Below are positions 27,321 through 37,453 of a stretch of 64,000 nt of DNA, piece after piece. Location of the stretch: the IMG/VR virus record IMGVR_UViG_3300042934_000631, positions 4,412-68,411 of that record; one strand, written 5' to 3'. The notes under the pieces were generated by a model. The model made no database searches. It had not been told where the DNA came from and saw only the letters and a program-made list of their open reading frames with translations. Both the position numbers and the translations under genes were made by a program. Source of the DNA: a virus. Positions within the stretch are counted from its first letter, which is position 1. Every line of letters begins with the position of its first letter.

Positions 27321-27806
27321 CTGCCTAAAGAGATACATCTTACAAAAGGAAACGTTGCAATCGTAGACGATGAAGACTACGATGCTCTTTCAAAGCTCAC
27401 ATGGTGTATTGCTACGACCGGTTACGCCAAAACAAATATGCGCATAGACGGGATTTACAGAACTGTTTTCATGCACAGACATATCCTAAGTGCTCCCAAA
27501 GGACTTGTCGTAGACCATGTCGACGGTGATAAGTTAAATAATCAACGATCGAATTTAAGGATCTGCACACATGCGCAAAACTGCAGAAATAAAGTTAAGA
27601 ATCACAATAACAAATCCGGCTTTAAAGGGGTTTCTTGGGATAGTTGGAATCAACGTTGGAAGTCGGCCATAGAACATCACGGCGTCTCTATTGCACTTGG
27701 TAATTACCGCGACCCGATCGAAGCAGCTCGCGCCTACAACGCTAAAGCACGCGAACTATTCGGAGAATATGCGCGACTCAACGAAATTCCCGGAGAAACC
27801 GCATAA
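27321..27806 (+). CDS. HNH-AP2 homing endonuclease (probable CTG start)
   Basis: MHRHIL..VVDHVDGDKLNNQRSNLR; SGFKGV...EAARAYN AP2 domain; in-frame upstream LTKG..AIVDDED conserved N-terminus after GGAGG. Confidence 0.85.
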   Translation: MPKEIHLTKGNVAIVDDEDYDALSKLTWCIATTGYAKTNMRIDGIYRTVFMHRHILSAPKGLVVDHVDGDKLNNQRSNLRICTHAQNCRNKVKNHNNKSGFKGVSWDSWNQRWKSAIEHHGVSIALGNYRDPIEAARAYNAKARELFGEYARLNEIPGETA

Positions 27807-27807
27807 C

Positions 27808-27836
27808 TGTACGGAATCCCACCGCACGGCGTCGTA
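27808..27836 (+). promoter_or_regulatory. Phage promoter motif B
   Basis: TGTACG-N18-TCGTA. Confidence 0.65.
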
Positions 27837-27874
27837 ATAAATGAACGTAAACAATCGAAGGAGAGTGACGCGGA

Positions 27875-28144
27875 ATGAAGATCACGGAAACGCACGATAT
27901 CAGTGGTGGATATGACGAGTATAGCGGTAAAGGTTCGATTACGGTAACTGTTGAGGATGACGCAGGAAACCGTACGAGTGTCGACATATCCGCAGGCGAG
28001 CCGGAAGATGCCGTATTCTTCCGCGACTTGAACGGCGCGTATAGCATTGCTGACGCGATTAAACTAGCGTACGCGGCCGGCAAGCGTGGCGAGGAGCTCG
28101 AATACGTATTTATCGACGAGAATCCGGAAGAGGAGGGTGCGTAA
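27875..28144 (+). CDS. Acidic hypothetical protein
   Basis: AAGGAG RBS. Confidence 0.65.
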   Translation: MKITETHDISGGYDEYSGKGSITVTVEDDAGNRTSVDISAGEPEDAVFFRDLNGAYSIADAIKLAYAAGKRGEELEYVFIDENPEEEGA

Positions 28145-28426
28145 ATGGGCGTTGATTTTTACGCATGTGAAAACTGTGCGGACACATTTCCGGATTGCGG
28201 TCCTCATTACCATTGCGAGTGCGGCCGCGTTTACTGCTCAGAGGAATGTGCGGACGCTAAGTATAACGTAGATGAAGACGGCGACGAAGAGGATCAAACG
28301 TGTGCACATTGCCGCGGTGAGACTGCGGACGACTCCGAGCTGCTGACGTATTTGCTTTCGCTATCCGGATTGTCAAAAACCGAATTACTCGCGCAGTATC
28401 TAAAGGAGGCGGTCAGCCATCGCTAG
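28145..28426 (+). CDS. Cys-rich zinc-finger hypothetical protein
   Basis: Several CxxC motifs. Confidence 0.65.
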   Translation: MGVDFYACENCADTFPDCGPHYHCECGRVYCSEECADAKYNVDEDGDEEDQTCAHCRGETADDSELLTYLLSLSGLSKTELLAQYLKEAVSHR

Positions 28427-29534
28427 TTTATTTTCACGGATTGGATTGGAAGTCGTCGCAGAGTCCTCGCAAGAAACGCGCGGTACAACGCTAGAACGCG
28501 AGTTCCTCACGCAAATGGACGCATACTACGCGTCACCATCGTCATCCTTTTATGACAACGCGATCTCCCGCCGATTCTACGAGCAGAAGCTGCGCTACCT
28601 ACGTTTTGATCCGTATCCAAACGACGGCCTTGTCACATTCGGTGCGTCCGGTACGGCAATGTGCGATCGGCAGCTTGTACTAAAGAACGCGCAAGGCGTT
28701 AAGCCGGAGAAATCCGATGACTTACCATTTCGTGGACGGCAGCGGCGCCAGGGGACCGCGATCGTTGATTACGTTCAGCTCGACCTCGTCCATATGCAGA
28801 AGCGTTTAGGCGTGAATGCGAAGTTTACGATGGCTGAACGCGAAAACGGCGAATGGGACTTTGAGGATACGGCGCAACAACGCGTTATATTCGAATACCC
28901 GAATCCCGAAACGGGCGAAATCGTTAAATTCGCTATTACTGCGAAGCCTGACGGTAAATTCAATTACGCTCCGGATGGATCGCGCATTATATTCGAATAC
29001 AAAACTAAGGCCAGCGGACTCCGCGCTATGAACGGTAAAATCGACTTTAAAGGCGCGCAGGACGATCACATCCGCCAAGTAACGGCCGAGTCGCTCGTAT
29101 TCGGCATTGACGAAGCGCTGATCGTTTACGAATCGACGCAGAAGCCCGCCTGGTTCGATGACGCGCAATCTACGTCGGTCACGAAGGGGCAGAAAACGTG
29201 GGAGGACGGTCAGCCACGGCCGGACCTGCGCGCATGCTACGTTAAGATCACGGACGAAATGAAGGCAGCACTGTTATCCGATCTAGCACGTCAGGCTGCG
29301 CTAGTTTACGAACAACGCGCTGGCGGTGAGGTTCCGGAAGTTACCGCGGAGAGTACCGGCAAATGCGGTTTCTGCCAGTTTAGCGGATATTGCCGCAAGA
29401 CAATAACGTCGGATAACTTGGCGAAGCTGCAACGGATCGATTCGGCAATGGCTGCGTCACAGATGGCGGGAAAAGCGGAGCACAGGAACGTTATGAAATA
29501 TATTGCGGAGGTGATCGAACCTGCCACCGAATAG
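28419..29534 (+). CDS. Cas4-like/PD-(D/E)XK exonuclease (probable ATC start)
   Basis: MCDRQ; KPDG; FEYKT; CGFCQFSGYC Fe-S-type cysteines. Confidence 0.7.
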   Translation: MASLFSRIGLEVVAESSQETRGTTLEREFLTQMDAYYASPSSSFYDNAISRRFYEQKLRYLRFDPYPNDGLVTFGASGTAMCDRQLVLKNAQGVKPEKSDDLPFRGRQRRQGTAIVDYVQLDLVHMQKRLGVNAKFTMAERENGEWDFEDTAQQRVIFEYPNPETGEIVKFAITAKPDGKFNYAPDGSRIIFEYKTKASGLRAMNGKIDFKGAQDDHIRQVTAESLVFGIDEALIVYESTQKPAWFDDAQSTSVTKGQKTWEDGQPRPDLRACYVKITDEMKAALLSDLARQAALVYEQRAGGEVPEVTAESTGKCGFCQFSGYCRKTITSDNLAKLQRIDSAMAASQMAGKAEHRNVMKYIAEVIEPATE

Positions 29535-30024
29535 ATATTTGGGTTTGGACCTCTCGTTAAATCCCGGAGTCGCCGCGATCGAAGTACGCAATAGGCAAGC
29601 GTATTTAATCGCAGCCTCCGCCATTACGACGACAACGCAAGATAACGACGCAGTCCGCTCATTAACGGTCGAATCATTCATCGCGCAGTTTATCTACGCG
29701 AATCGGCCGTTTACCGCGGTCATTCGCGAGGATTTTACTTCCGGCCGCAATAAGCGTGCGACACAGACGGTATTTAGTGCGTGGGCAGCGGCGGACAGAG
29801 CGCTTCACGCGTACGGTTACGCGGTGAATGCGGAGATTTCGCCGACCTCCGTTAAGAAAACGGTCACCGGTAGCGGTAAAGCGGAGAAGGCGGAGGTCGC
29901 CGAGGCCGTACGGAAATACCTGCGGCTGCCGTCCGATTACAAATTCGTTGCGGGATACGATGACAGTGATGCTTGTGCGATCGTACTCGCGCATCTTATC
30001 GCGGAAAATTTAATCGACGTATGA
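29521..30024 (+). CDS. RuvC-like Holliday junction resolvase (probable CTG start)
   Basis: YLGLDLSL; IRE; SPTSVKKTVTGSGKAEK; DDSDA. Confidence 0.85.
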   Translation: MPPNRYLGLDLSLNPGVAAIEVRNRQAYLIAASAITTTTQDNDAVRSLTVESFIAQFIYANRPFTAVIREDFTSGRNKRATQTVFSAWAAADRALHAYGYAVNAEISPTSVKKTVTGSGKAEKAEVAEAVRKYLRLPSDYKFVAGYDDSDACAIVLAHLIAENLIDV

Positions 30025-30383
30025 ATATCGTCTACTACTCGCTGACCGGCAACGTGCGACGCTTTATCGAGCGGACGGGACTACGCGCGCAGACGATCGA
30101 CACGCCGCCAGACGGCCCGTTCATCATCGTTACGCCGACGATACGGTTCGGCGAGGTTCCGGATCCTGTCGCGCGATACCTTGCGGAGCATGGCGGGCTC
30201 TTACGCGGCACGGCTGCGTCCGGCAATCGTAACTGGGGCGCCAACTACGGAGCTGCTGCAGATAAGATTAGCGCTCTTTACAGCGTTTCAATCGTTCTCA
30301 AATTCGAATTATCCGGAACATCCGATGACATACGAAAATTTATCGAAGGAGTTGACGCTTTATCTCACGTCACATCGAGTTAA
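30021..30383 (+). CDS. nrdI: Class Ib ribonucleotide reductase flavodoxin NrdI
   Basis: YYSLTGNVRRF; GTAASGNRNWG; KFELSG. Confidence 0.92.
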   Translation: MNIVYYSLTGNVRRFIERTGLRAQTIDTPPDGPFIIVTPTIRFGEVPDPVARYLAEHGGLLRGTAASGNRNWGANYGAAADKISALYSVSIVLKFELSGTSDDIRKFIEGVDALSHVTSS

Positions 30384-32449
30384 ACAACGAAATTATGCAA
30401 CGCGGGGAAGACGGATTTTACCGCCTGGAGAAAGACGCGGAGGCCGTGCGTGCCTTCATGCGCGAGGTCAAGTCGAAGTCGATGCGGTTCGAATCCGTTA
30501 TCGACCGGCTGCGTTATCTCGTGGAGAACACGTACTATTACGATGTGTTCGCGCAATATAACAACGAAGAGTTAATGCAGATTCACGCGATTACTGCCGC
30601 CTATAAATTCCGTTTCGCCTCGTACATGGCTGCGTCCAAGTTTTATTCGGATTACGCGCTTAGAACGAACGATAAACGCCAGTATCTCGAAGATTACGGA
30701 CAGCACGTTGCGATCGTAGCGTTATACCTCGGTCAAGGCGATTACCAGCGCACGGTAAGGCTGGCGCGTTCAATGATGGAGCAGCGCTTGCAGCCGGCGA
30801 CACCGACTTTCCTCAACGCAGGGCGAGCGCGACGTGGCGAAATGGTATCGTGCTTCCTACTCGAAATGGATGACTCGCTGAATTCGATTAACTACGTGCT
30901 CGGAACGTGTATGCAGTTATCGAAGATTGGCGGAGGCGTTGCGGTTAATCTATCGAAACTGCGCGGGCGTGGCGAAGCGATTAAGGGCGTAGAGGGTGCG
31001 GCAAAGGGCATTATGCCGGTGCTTAAACTGATGGAAGACGCGTTCTCTTACGCAGATCAGATGGGCCAGCGGAAGGGCTCCGGTGCGGCGTACTATAACA
31101 TCTTCGGATGGGACCTCGTCGAATTCCTCGATAGTAAGAAGATTAACGCGGATGAAAAGTCGCGTATCAAAACGCTATCGATCGGACTTATCGTTCCGGC
31201 GAAATTCTATAAGCTCGCGGAAGAAAATAAACCGCTCGTTGTATTCGGTGGCCACTCCGTTTTTAAAGAGTACGGTAAGCACCTCGACGACATGGATATG
31301 ACGGTAATGTACGACAAGCTCCTGGCGAACCCCGCCGTTAAAAAGAAAGAGATTATGACCGCGCGTAAGATGCTTGAACGTATTGCAATTACGCAGCTGC
31401 AGAGCGGGTATCCGTATATCTGTAACAAAGACAACGCGAACAGCTCGCACGCATTGAATGCGCTGGGCACGATCAAAATGTCGAACCTCTGCACGGAAAT
31501 TTTCCAGCTGCAGGAGACGTCCGAGATCGCGGACTTCGGCGATGAGAGTAAAATCCTCCGCGATATTTCGTGTAACCTTGCGTCAATGAACATCGCTAAC
31601 GTAATGGAGCGCAAGAGACTCCGCGAAACGGTACACGAAGGTATGGAGGCGCTAACAGTTATCTCCGATATCTCGCGCATTCCAAACGCTCCCGGCGTTC
31701 AGAAAGCGAATCGCGAGCTTCATTCCGTCGGCCTCGGCGTCATGAACCTTAACGGATACCTCGCGAAGAATAAGATTGCTTATGAATCCGAAGAGGCGAA
31801 GGACTTTGCGCGCGCATTCTTTGCGGCGATGAATTTCTATTCGATTGAGAAATCGATGATCATCGCGAAACAAAGCGGAGTCAAATTCGATGGTTTCGAG
31901 AAGTCTGCGTACGCAGACGGCAGTTACTTCGATATGTATCTCGAAAATGACTACGCGCCGAAAACGGAGAAAGTAGCGGCTCTATTCGAAGGTATGACGC
32001 TGCCAACTCGGGCAGATTGGGCTGACTTAGCGTTTATGGTAGCGCAGCACGGACTTTATCACGCGTACCGTTTAGCTATCGCTCCAACGCAATCCATTTC
32101 GTATATTCAGAACGCGACATCGTCCGTTATGCCAATCGTAGATGTCATCGAACGCCGTACGTATGCCAACTCGGAGACATTCTATCCGATGCCGTTCTTG
32201 GCGCGCGATAACTTTTTCTACTATAAATCCGCGTATAACGTTGATCAATTTAAGGTCATCGATTTAATCGCGGAGATTCAACCACATATAGATCAAGGCA
32301 TATCGACGATCCTTCATGTAAATAGCGATATCAGTACGCGTAAGCTCGCTCGAATGTATGTTTACGCAAATCACCGCGGGCTCAAATCGCTTTATTATAC
32401 GCGAACAAATCAAATCGACGTAGCGGAATGCACCGCGTGTCAGATATAG
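30362..32449 (+). CDS. nrdE: Class Ib ribonucleotide reductase alpha subunit (probable ATC start)
   Basis: QPATPTFLNAG; VSCFL; SNLCTEI; KSLYYTR; C-terminal CxxC; in-frame RHIELNNEI upstream of the first ATG. Confidence 0.95.
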   Translation: MSRHIELNNEIMQRGEDGFYRLEKDAEAVRAFMREVKSKSMRFESVIDRLRYLVENTYYYDVFAQYNNEELMQIHAITAAYKFRFASYMAASKFYSDYALRTNDKRQYLEDYGQHVAIVALYLGQGDYQRTVRLARSMMEQRLQPATPTFLNAGRARRGEMVSCFLLEMDDSLNSINYVLGTCMQLSKIGGGVAVNLSKLRGRGEAIKGVEGAAKGIMPVLKLMEDAFSYADQMGQRKGSGAAYYNIFGWDLVEFLDSKKINADEKSRIKTLSIGLIVPAKFYKLAEENKPLVVFGGHSVFKEYGKHLDDMDMTVMYDKLLANPAVKKKEIMTARKMLERIAITQLQSGYPYICNKDNANSSHALNALGTIKMSNLCTEIFQLQETSEIADFGDESKILRDISCNLASMNIANVMERKRLRETVHEGMEALTVISDISRIPNAPGVQKANRELHSVGLGVMNLNGYLAKNKIAYESEEAKDFARAFFAAMNFYSIEKSMIIAKQSGVKFDGFEKSAYADGSYFDMYLENDYAPKTEKVAALFEGMTLPTRADWADLAFMVAQHGLYHAYRLAIAPTQSISYIQNATSSVMPIVDVIERRTYANSETFYPMPFLARDNFFYYKSAYNVDQFKVIDLIAEIQPHIDQGISTILHVNSDISTRKLARMYVYANHRGLKSLYYTRTNQIDVAECTACQI

Positions 32450-32463
32450 GGAGGCTACGTTAG

Positions 32464-33441
32464 ATGAAGATTACGATGCCATGCGTTAACTGGAATAAGT
32501 CGGAAGATTACGTAAATGTGTTCTGGAATCAGAACATTATGCAGTTTTGGACGGAGGAAGAGTTCCCGGTATCCGATGATATCGGGGATTGGACGGGACT
32601 ATCCGAAGCCGAGCGCTCAACTTATAAACACGTGCTGGCGGGCCTCACCGGTCTTGACACGCAACAGGCGTCCGAAGGAATGCCGCTCATTTCGCTTCAT
32701 ATCGGCGACCACCGTAAGAAGGCTGTCCTGGCGTTTATGGGCGCGATGGAGCATATGCACGCGAAGTCGTATTCGTCCATCTTTACGACGCTGCTTACGT
32801 CGGAGGATACGGATTACCTGCTCGAAACGTGGGCGCCGAATCAGTCCAATCTCGTATATAAGGCGGAAGCGATTGGTCAGTATTACCGCAAGCTGCTGAA
32901 GCCTGACGTGTCGGGATACGAACTCTATATGGCGTGCGTGGCTTCGGTCCTCCTCGAAAGCTATCTGTTTTATAGCGGATTTTACTATCCGTTATACCTG
33001 TCCGGTCAGGGTATAATGCGCGCGTCTGGCGAAGTCATCCGGAAAATCCTCATTGATGAATCGATCCATGGCGTATACGTCGGCTACCTCGCGCAGGAAC
33101 TGCACGCGCAGCTAACGCAAGAGGAGCGTATCCGTTCAACGCATGAAATCGCCGATCTATTGCGTAGGCTTGACGCAAACGAAGCCGAGTACTCAGCGGA
33201 ATTGTACGATCCGCTCGGACTTACTGACGACGTGTTGCGGTTTATCCGTTACAACGCGAATAAAGCGCTTATGAATCTCGGCCTGGACACCGCATACGAA
33301 CCCGAACCATTCAGCGCGATCGTAGAGAACGGAATCGACACGGGAACGAAGCAGCACGATTTCTTCTCGCAGAAGGGCGACGGTTACGTTATCGCGCTTA
33401 ACATCGAACCAATGACGGACGACGACTTTATTTTCGCGTAA
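32464..33441 (+). CDS. nrdF: Class Ib ribonucleotide reductase beta subunit
   Basis: GLTGLDT; MEHMHAKSYS; DESIHG; HDFFS. Confidence 0.95.
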   Translation: MKITMPCVNWNKSEDYVNVFWNQNIMQFWTEEEFPVSDDIGDWTGLSEAERSTYKHVLAGLTGLDTQQASEGMPLISLHIGDHRKKAVLAFMGAMEHMHAKSYSSIFTTLLTSEDTDYLLETWAPNQSNLVYKAEAIGQYYRKLLKPDVSGYELYMACVASVLLESYLFYSGFYYPLYLSGQGIMRASGEVIRKILIDESIHGVYVGYLAQELHAQLTQEERIRSTHEIADLLRRLDANEAEYSAELYDPLGLTDDVLRFIRYNANKALMNLGLDTAYEPEPFSAIVENGIDTGTKQHDFFSQKGDGYVIALNIEPMTDDDFIFA

Positions 33442-33442
33442 A

Positions 33443-33510
33443 TGTGCGAAACGAAATAATTACTTCGTACAATGCAGTAAGTGTACGGAAATCCTCCGTG
33501 CGGAGTCGTA
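33443..33510 (+). promoter_or_regulatory. Tandem phage promoter motifs A and B
   Basis: TGTGCG-N16-TCGTACAATGCAGTA directly followed by TGTACG-N18-TCGTA. Confidence 0.7.
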
Positions 33511-33552
33511 ATGAATGTAAGCGCGCAAGACAAATAAACGGAGGTGGGCCGG

Positions 33553-34206
33553 ATGCCTTTACCGAAAGATTCGCTACTATTCGGATTTGCCGCCAAGCTG
33601 ACGGACGAACAACGCGTCTACGTTGACTCAATGTTCGACCGGCAGCTTACGATTGTTAACGCGAAAAGTGGGACCGGCAAGACTACGCTGGCTGTGGCGG
33701 TTGCGAAGATGCTCGGTAAGCCGCTCGTCTACGTATTCGCTCCGGTCGAAGAAAAGCGCATGGGCTACCGTCCAGGCAATCAACGCGAAAAGGAAGCGGA
33801 GTACATTACGCCGCTTACCGATGCGCTGACAGAGATTGGCGAGGATCCAGCGCGCGTCATATTCGATCCGGAAAAGCCGGAGTTGCTAAAACGCGGTGAG
33901 GTGTGGGTGTATCCGATATCCCACACGTTCGCTCGCGGTACAAATCTCAAAGGGAAAACGATTATTATCGGAGAGTCGCAGAATTTTACGCGGGGTGAGT
34001 TGAAGAAGATTCTAACGCGTATTCACGACGATTGTTACGTTATTCTCGAAGGGCACACAGAACAATGCGATTTACCTGACGCGAAGAAATCCGGATTCGC
34101 CCCGTATATCGAGCACTACCGTAAGCAGCCATACGCTCAAGTATGCGAGTTAACTCGTAACTTCCGCGGCAAACTGGCGCAGCATGCCGATGAGCTTAAA
34201 TGGTAA
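33553..34206 (+). CDS. phoH: PhoH-like ATPase
   Basis: KSGTGKT; GYRPG; ARGTNL; ESQN; ILTRI. Confidence 0.85.
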   Translation: MPLPKDSLLFGFAAKLTDEQRVYVDSMFDRQLTIVNAKSGTGKTTLAVAVAKMLGKPLVYVFAPVEEKRMGYRPGNQREKEAEYITPLTDALTEIGEDPARVIFDPEKPELLKRGEVWVYPISHTFARGTNLKGKTIIIGESQNFTRGELKKILTRIHDDCYVILEGHTEQCDLPDAKKSGFAPYIEHYRKQPYAQVCELTRNFRGKLAQHADELKW

Positions 34207-34223
34207 ACGAAAGGGTGACGCAA

Positions 34224-34580
34224 TTGAACGATAAGTTAACGCAGATATACGATATGCAACAAGCGCTAGACGATCGCATCATTACCGAGCGCGGCATCGA
34301 AAAGTCGCTCGACGAGTGGGTTATTGGAATCACTCTCGCTATGGAATCGGAGATTGACGAAATCCGGCGCGAAGTGAGCTGGAAGTGGTGGAAGAATCCG
34401 AAGCCGATCGATAAGGCGGCGCTGCAGGGCGAAGTTATCGACATGTGGCATTTCCTACTCAGCCTATCGCGAATCGTCGGTTTGAGCGCGGACGACATCC
34501 ACCGCATCTACGTTGAGAAAAACGCGGAGAATCACGCTCGCCAGGACGGAACGAGCGCGAAGGAGGGATACGCGGTATGA
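34224..34580 (+). CDS. Dimeric (all-alpha) dUTPase
   Basis: EIDEI...WKWWK; EVIDMWHFLLS; YVEKNAENHARQ. Confidence 0.85.
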   Translation: MNDKLTQIYDMQQALDDRIITERGIEKSLDEWVIGITLAMESEIDEIRREVSWKWWKNPKPIDKAALQGEVIDMWHFLLSLSRIVGLSADDIHRIYVEKNAENHARQDGTSAKEGYAV

Positions 34581-34750
34581 GCCGGTTCTTTAACGGGATA
34601 CCTACGTACACGGACGAAATGCTCGACGGTAAAACGTTAAAGATGGCAGTAGTGAAATCCGAAGGGCATACGGTAGTAGCAGGACAGGACGTAACTACCG
34701 GAATCATTTACGTAATCAAACATGTTATCGAAAAGGAGCTCGCTAATTAA
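34577..34750 (+). CDS. Small hypothetical protein
   Basis: GGAGG RBS; coupled at both ends. Confidence 0.55.
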   Translation: MSRFFNGIPTYTDEMLDGKTLKMAVVKSEGHTVVAGQDVTTGIIYVIKHVIEKELAN

Positions 34751-35556
34751 TGCGCCAGTATCACGACCTATGCCGCCACATCTTCGCAAATGGCGTTGAG
34801 AAGACGGACCGCACCGGAACGGGCACGCTTTCTACCTTCGGTTATCAAATGCGATTTAACCTCGCGGAAGGATTTCCGCTGCTGACAACTAAGCGCGTTC
34901 ATCTACGCAGCATCATCTACGAGCTCCTATGGTTCCTGCGCGGAGACGCCAACGTTAAATATCTACGCGATAACGGCGTAACGATATGGGACGAATGGGC
35001 GCGCGATAACGGTGAGCTCGGTCCCGTCTACGGTAAGCAATGGCGCAGCTGGACGTCAACCACTTATCCGAAGGCGTCCGTTAGCATCGATCAGATTAGC
35101 GCGGTCATCCGCCAAATACGCGAGAATCCCGACAGCCGGCGCTTAATCGTTAGCGCCTGGAACGTTGAGCAACTCGATCAAATGGCGCTGCCGCCGTGCC
35201 ACCTACTGTTTCAATTCTACGTCGCTAACGGACGCTTATCGTGCCAATTGTATCAACGGTCGGCCGACGTATTCCTCGGTGTGCCGTTCAACATCGCATC
35301 TTACGCGCTCCTGACGATGATGATTGCACAAGTAACCGGACTTGAGCCGGGCGAATTCGTCCATACGATCGGCGACGCACACATTTATACGAATCACCTC
35401 GACCAAGTCCGCCTGCAACTTTCTCGCGAAGAACGCCCGCTGCCTATGATGCGCCTGAATCCTGACGTCACCAATATCGATTCGTTCACATACGAAGACT
35501 TCGCGCTTGAGGGATACGATCCGCATCCCGCGATTAAGGCGCCGGTGGCGGTCTAG
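34750..35556 (+). CDS. thyA: Thymidylate synthase
   Basis: DRTGTGT; FPLLTTK; ALPPCH; [18 protein letters not shown]. Confidence 0.97.
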   Translation: MRQYHDLCRHIFANGVEKTDRTGTGTLSTFGYQMRFNLAEGFPLLTTKRVHLRSIIYELLWFLRGDANVKYLRDNGVTIWDEWARDNGELGPVYGKQWRSWTSTTYPKASVSIDQISAVIRQIRENPDSRRLIVSAWNVEQLDQMALPPCHLLFQFYVANGRLSCQLYQRSADVFLGVPFNIASYALLTMMIAQVTGLEPGEFVHTIGDAHIYTNHLDQVRLQLSREERPLPMMRLNPDVTNIDSFTYEDFALEGYDPHPAIKAPVAV

Positions 35557-35579
35557 GTATCGAGCAGCTTATCGCGTTA

Positions 35580-35951
35580 ATGATTGCGCTCATGACGACA
35601 GGTAGCGAAGAATATGCGCAATCTCACGCAACATACTACGAAGTGACCGCGTATACGGCGGGTCCGGAATCAACCGGAAAACGTCCGGGCGATCGCGGCT
35701 ACGGTATCACGGCTAGCGGTAAAAAGACGGAGGAAGGCGTTACAGCAGCGTGCGGACCGGACTTGGCGTTCGGCACACGCGTAGAAATACCGGAGCTTGG
35801 ACGGACTTACACGTGCCAGGACCGTGGCGGCGCAATAACAGCGGACCACCTCGATATCTTTATGACGTCAGTGAAGCGAGCTAGGCAATTCGGAAGGCAG
35901 ACGATGCGCGTAAAAATAATCCCGCCAGAGAGCGGAAAAGGAGCGGCATAA
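35580..35951 (+). CDS. 3D-domain protein (lytic transglycosylase-like)
   Basis: VTAYT...GITASG...DRGGAI...LDIF. Confidence 0.8.
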   Translation: MIALMTTGSEEYAQSHATYYEVTAYTAGPESTGKRPGDRGYGITASGKKTEEGVTAACGPDLAFGTRVEIPELGRTYTCQDRGGAITADHLDIFMTSVKRARQFGRQTMRVKIIPPESGKGAA

Positions 35952-36851
35952 ATGGGCGAAAAGTTAACGGTTATTGAAGGTAAGCAATATCGCGGAGTTG
36001 AACGAGCGGCTGGCGTAGGTGAACGAATTAAGATTATCAAACCGGACAGTGAGGACGAAAAGTATGAACGCGGAGAAATTCTTAACGTAGTCGAATCCTT
36101 CTCCGACGGTGACGTATACGTATCAGAGTACGGAAGAACGTTTGTCCTATTAAGCGAATATCTGACGCTCGAACCGGTCGAACCCGCTGACGACCTCCGC
36201 GCCCTAGTAGACGGCCTCACTGAAACAGTCGCCAGCCTTACGCTGCGTGTGACGGAGCTTGAGCGTAAATCGGCGCAGGCTAAGACTAGTATTGGTGATA
36301 TTACGGTAAAAATTCCGGATATGAGCGGTATTGCTCGAAGGCTTGCAGATAGCATCCGTGAATATGTAAAACCGAAAACGCGCGACGAGATTGTTGAGCA
36401 GGCGAGGAAGGATATTGCGGAGCTTATTGACCGAGCTAAATCTACGCGTATGGATACGCCATCTACAAGTAGATATGGCAGCCTTGACGTGGAATTCGTA
36501 ATTAACCGCGATAAGAGAACCGTAGTTGCGTTACTTCGCGACCACTGGACCGGTAATAAACGCGTCAGAGTAAGCGGAAAGGCCCGTTGCGCACCGGATG
36601 ACTGCTTCAACGCGCACATTGGCCGTGCGATTGCGCTGCGCCGTGCGTTAGGGTTAACGGTACCTGACGAGTATTATAGCGCGCCGCACCCGACGGAGGT
36701 GCGCGTGGGGGATATCGTAGAGAAGAACTCCTGCAGGCGACGCGTAATTGCGAGTAACGAACATCCTGCGTTATTTAAAACTACGCAAATAGGATCTGTT
36801 AACGCTAGCGGACGCATTGTCGACGACTCGCGTGAGGAGGTGGGCGCCTAA
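35952..36851 (+). CDS. Hypothetical phage protein
   Basis: GKARCAPDDCFNAHIGRAIALRRA motif. Confidence 0.65.
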   Translation: MGEKLTVIEGKQYRGVERAAGVGERIKIIKPDSEDEKYERGEILNVVESFSDGDVYVSEYGRTFVLLSEYLTLEPVEPADDLRALVDGLTETVASLTLRVTELERKSAQAKTSIGDITVKIPDMSGIARRLADSIREYVKPKTRDEIVEQARKDIAELIDRAKSTRMDTPSTSRYGSLDVEFVINRDKRTVVALLRDHWTGNKRVRVSGKARCAPDDCFNAHIGRAIALRRALGLTVPDEYYSAPHPTEVRVGDIVEKNSCRRRVIASNEHPALFKTTQIGSVNASGRIVDDSREEVGA

Positions 36852-37453
36852 TGTCCGAGTTATACAAGTCAGAAGAATGGCTTCGTCGTCAATACTGGGA
36901 ACTTGAGTACTCACTTCAAGACATAGCGGATTTAGCAGGATGCACGAGGAAAAACGTCGAGTACTGGATGAGAAAGTTTGGAATCGAAAGGAGGGATAAC
37001 CAGACTAAATACACTAGGCGGTTGTTATCGAAAATCTCGGAGACGTCAAAAGGGAGGCCTTCATTTAGCAAGGGTCTAACAAAGCATGAACATCCGTCTC
37101 TACTTAGGATTAGTGAAAAGCTTAGCGGCAGCAATAATCCACAATGGAAAGGCGGTAGTTATTTGTCGCACGGATACCGCTTTATATATGATCCAAATCA
37201 CCCACTCAGCAATAGGCAAGAAGGCTATGTACTAGAACATCGCTTGGTAATGGAATTTCTTATTGGCCGACTTTTAACCGATGACGAAGTTGTTCACCAT
37301 AGGGACGCGGTGCGGCACAATAACCTTTCATGCAATTTGTTTTTGTTTCCAAACCATAGCGCTCATACCGGCTTCCATATGTTCAAATTGCATAAAAATC
37401 CGCTAATAACGGAGGAACAGTTTATGAGCGAGGTGTATACGAATGCTTCCTAA
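36851..37453 (+). CDS. HNH homing endonuclease-like protein
   Basis: NPQWKGG; YVLEHRLVME; VVHHRD...NN; lower GC than flanks. Confidence 0.8.
   Translation: MSELYKSEEWLRRQYWELEYSLQDIADLAGCTRKNVEYWMRKFGIERRDNQTKYTRRLLSKISETSKGRPSFSKGLTKHEHPSLLRISEKLSGSNNPQWKGGSYLSHGYRFIYDPNHPLSNRQEGYVLEHRLVMEFLIGRLLTDDEVVHHRDAVRHNNLSCNLFLFPNHSAHTGFHMFKLHKNPLITEEQFMSEVYTNAS

Noticed and set aside
28419-29534. CRISPR-Cas system suggested by the Cas4-like gene
   Set aside because: No repeat-spacer array or other cas genes seen; solo Cas4-like nucleases are common in phage replication modules
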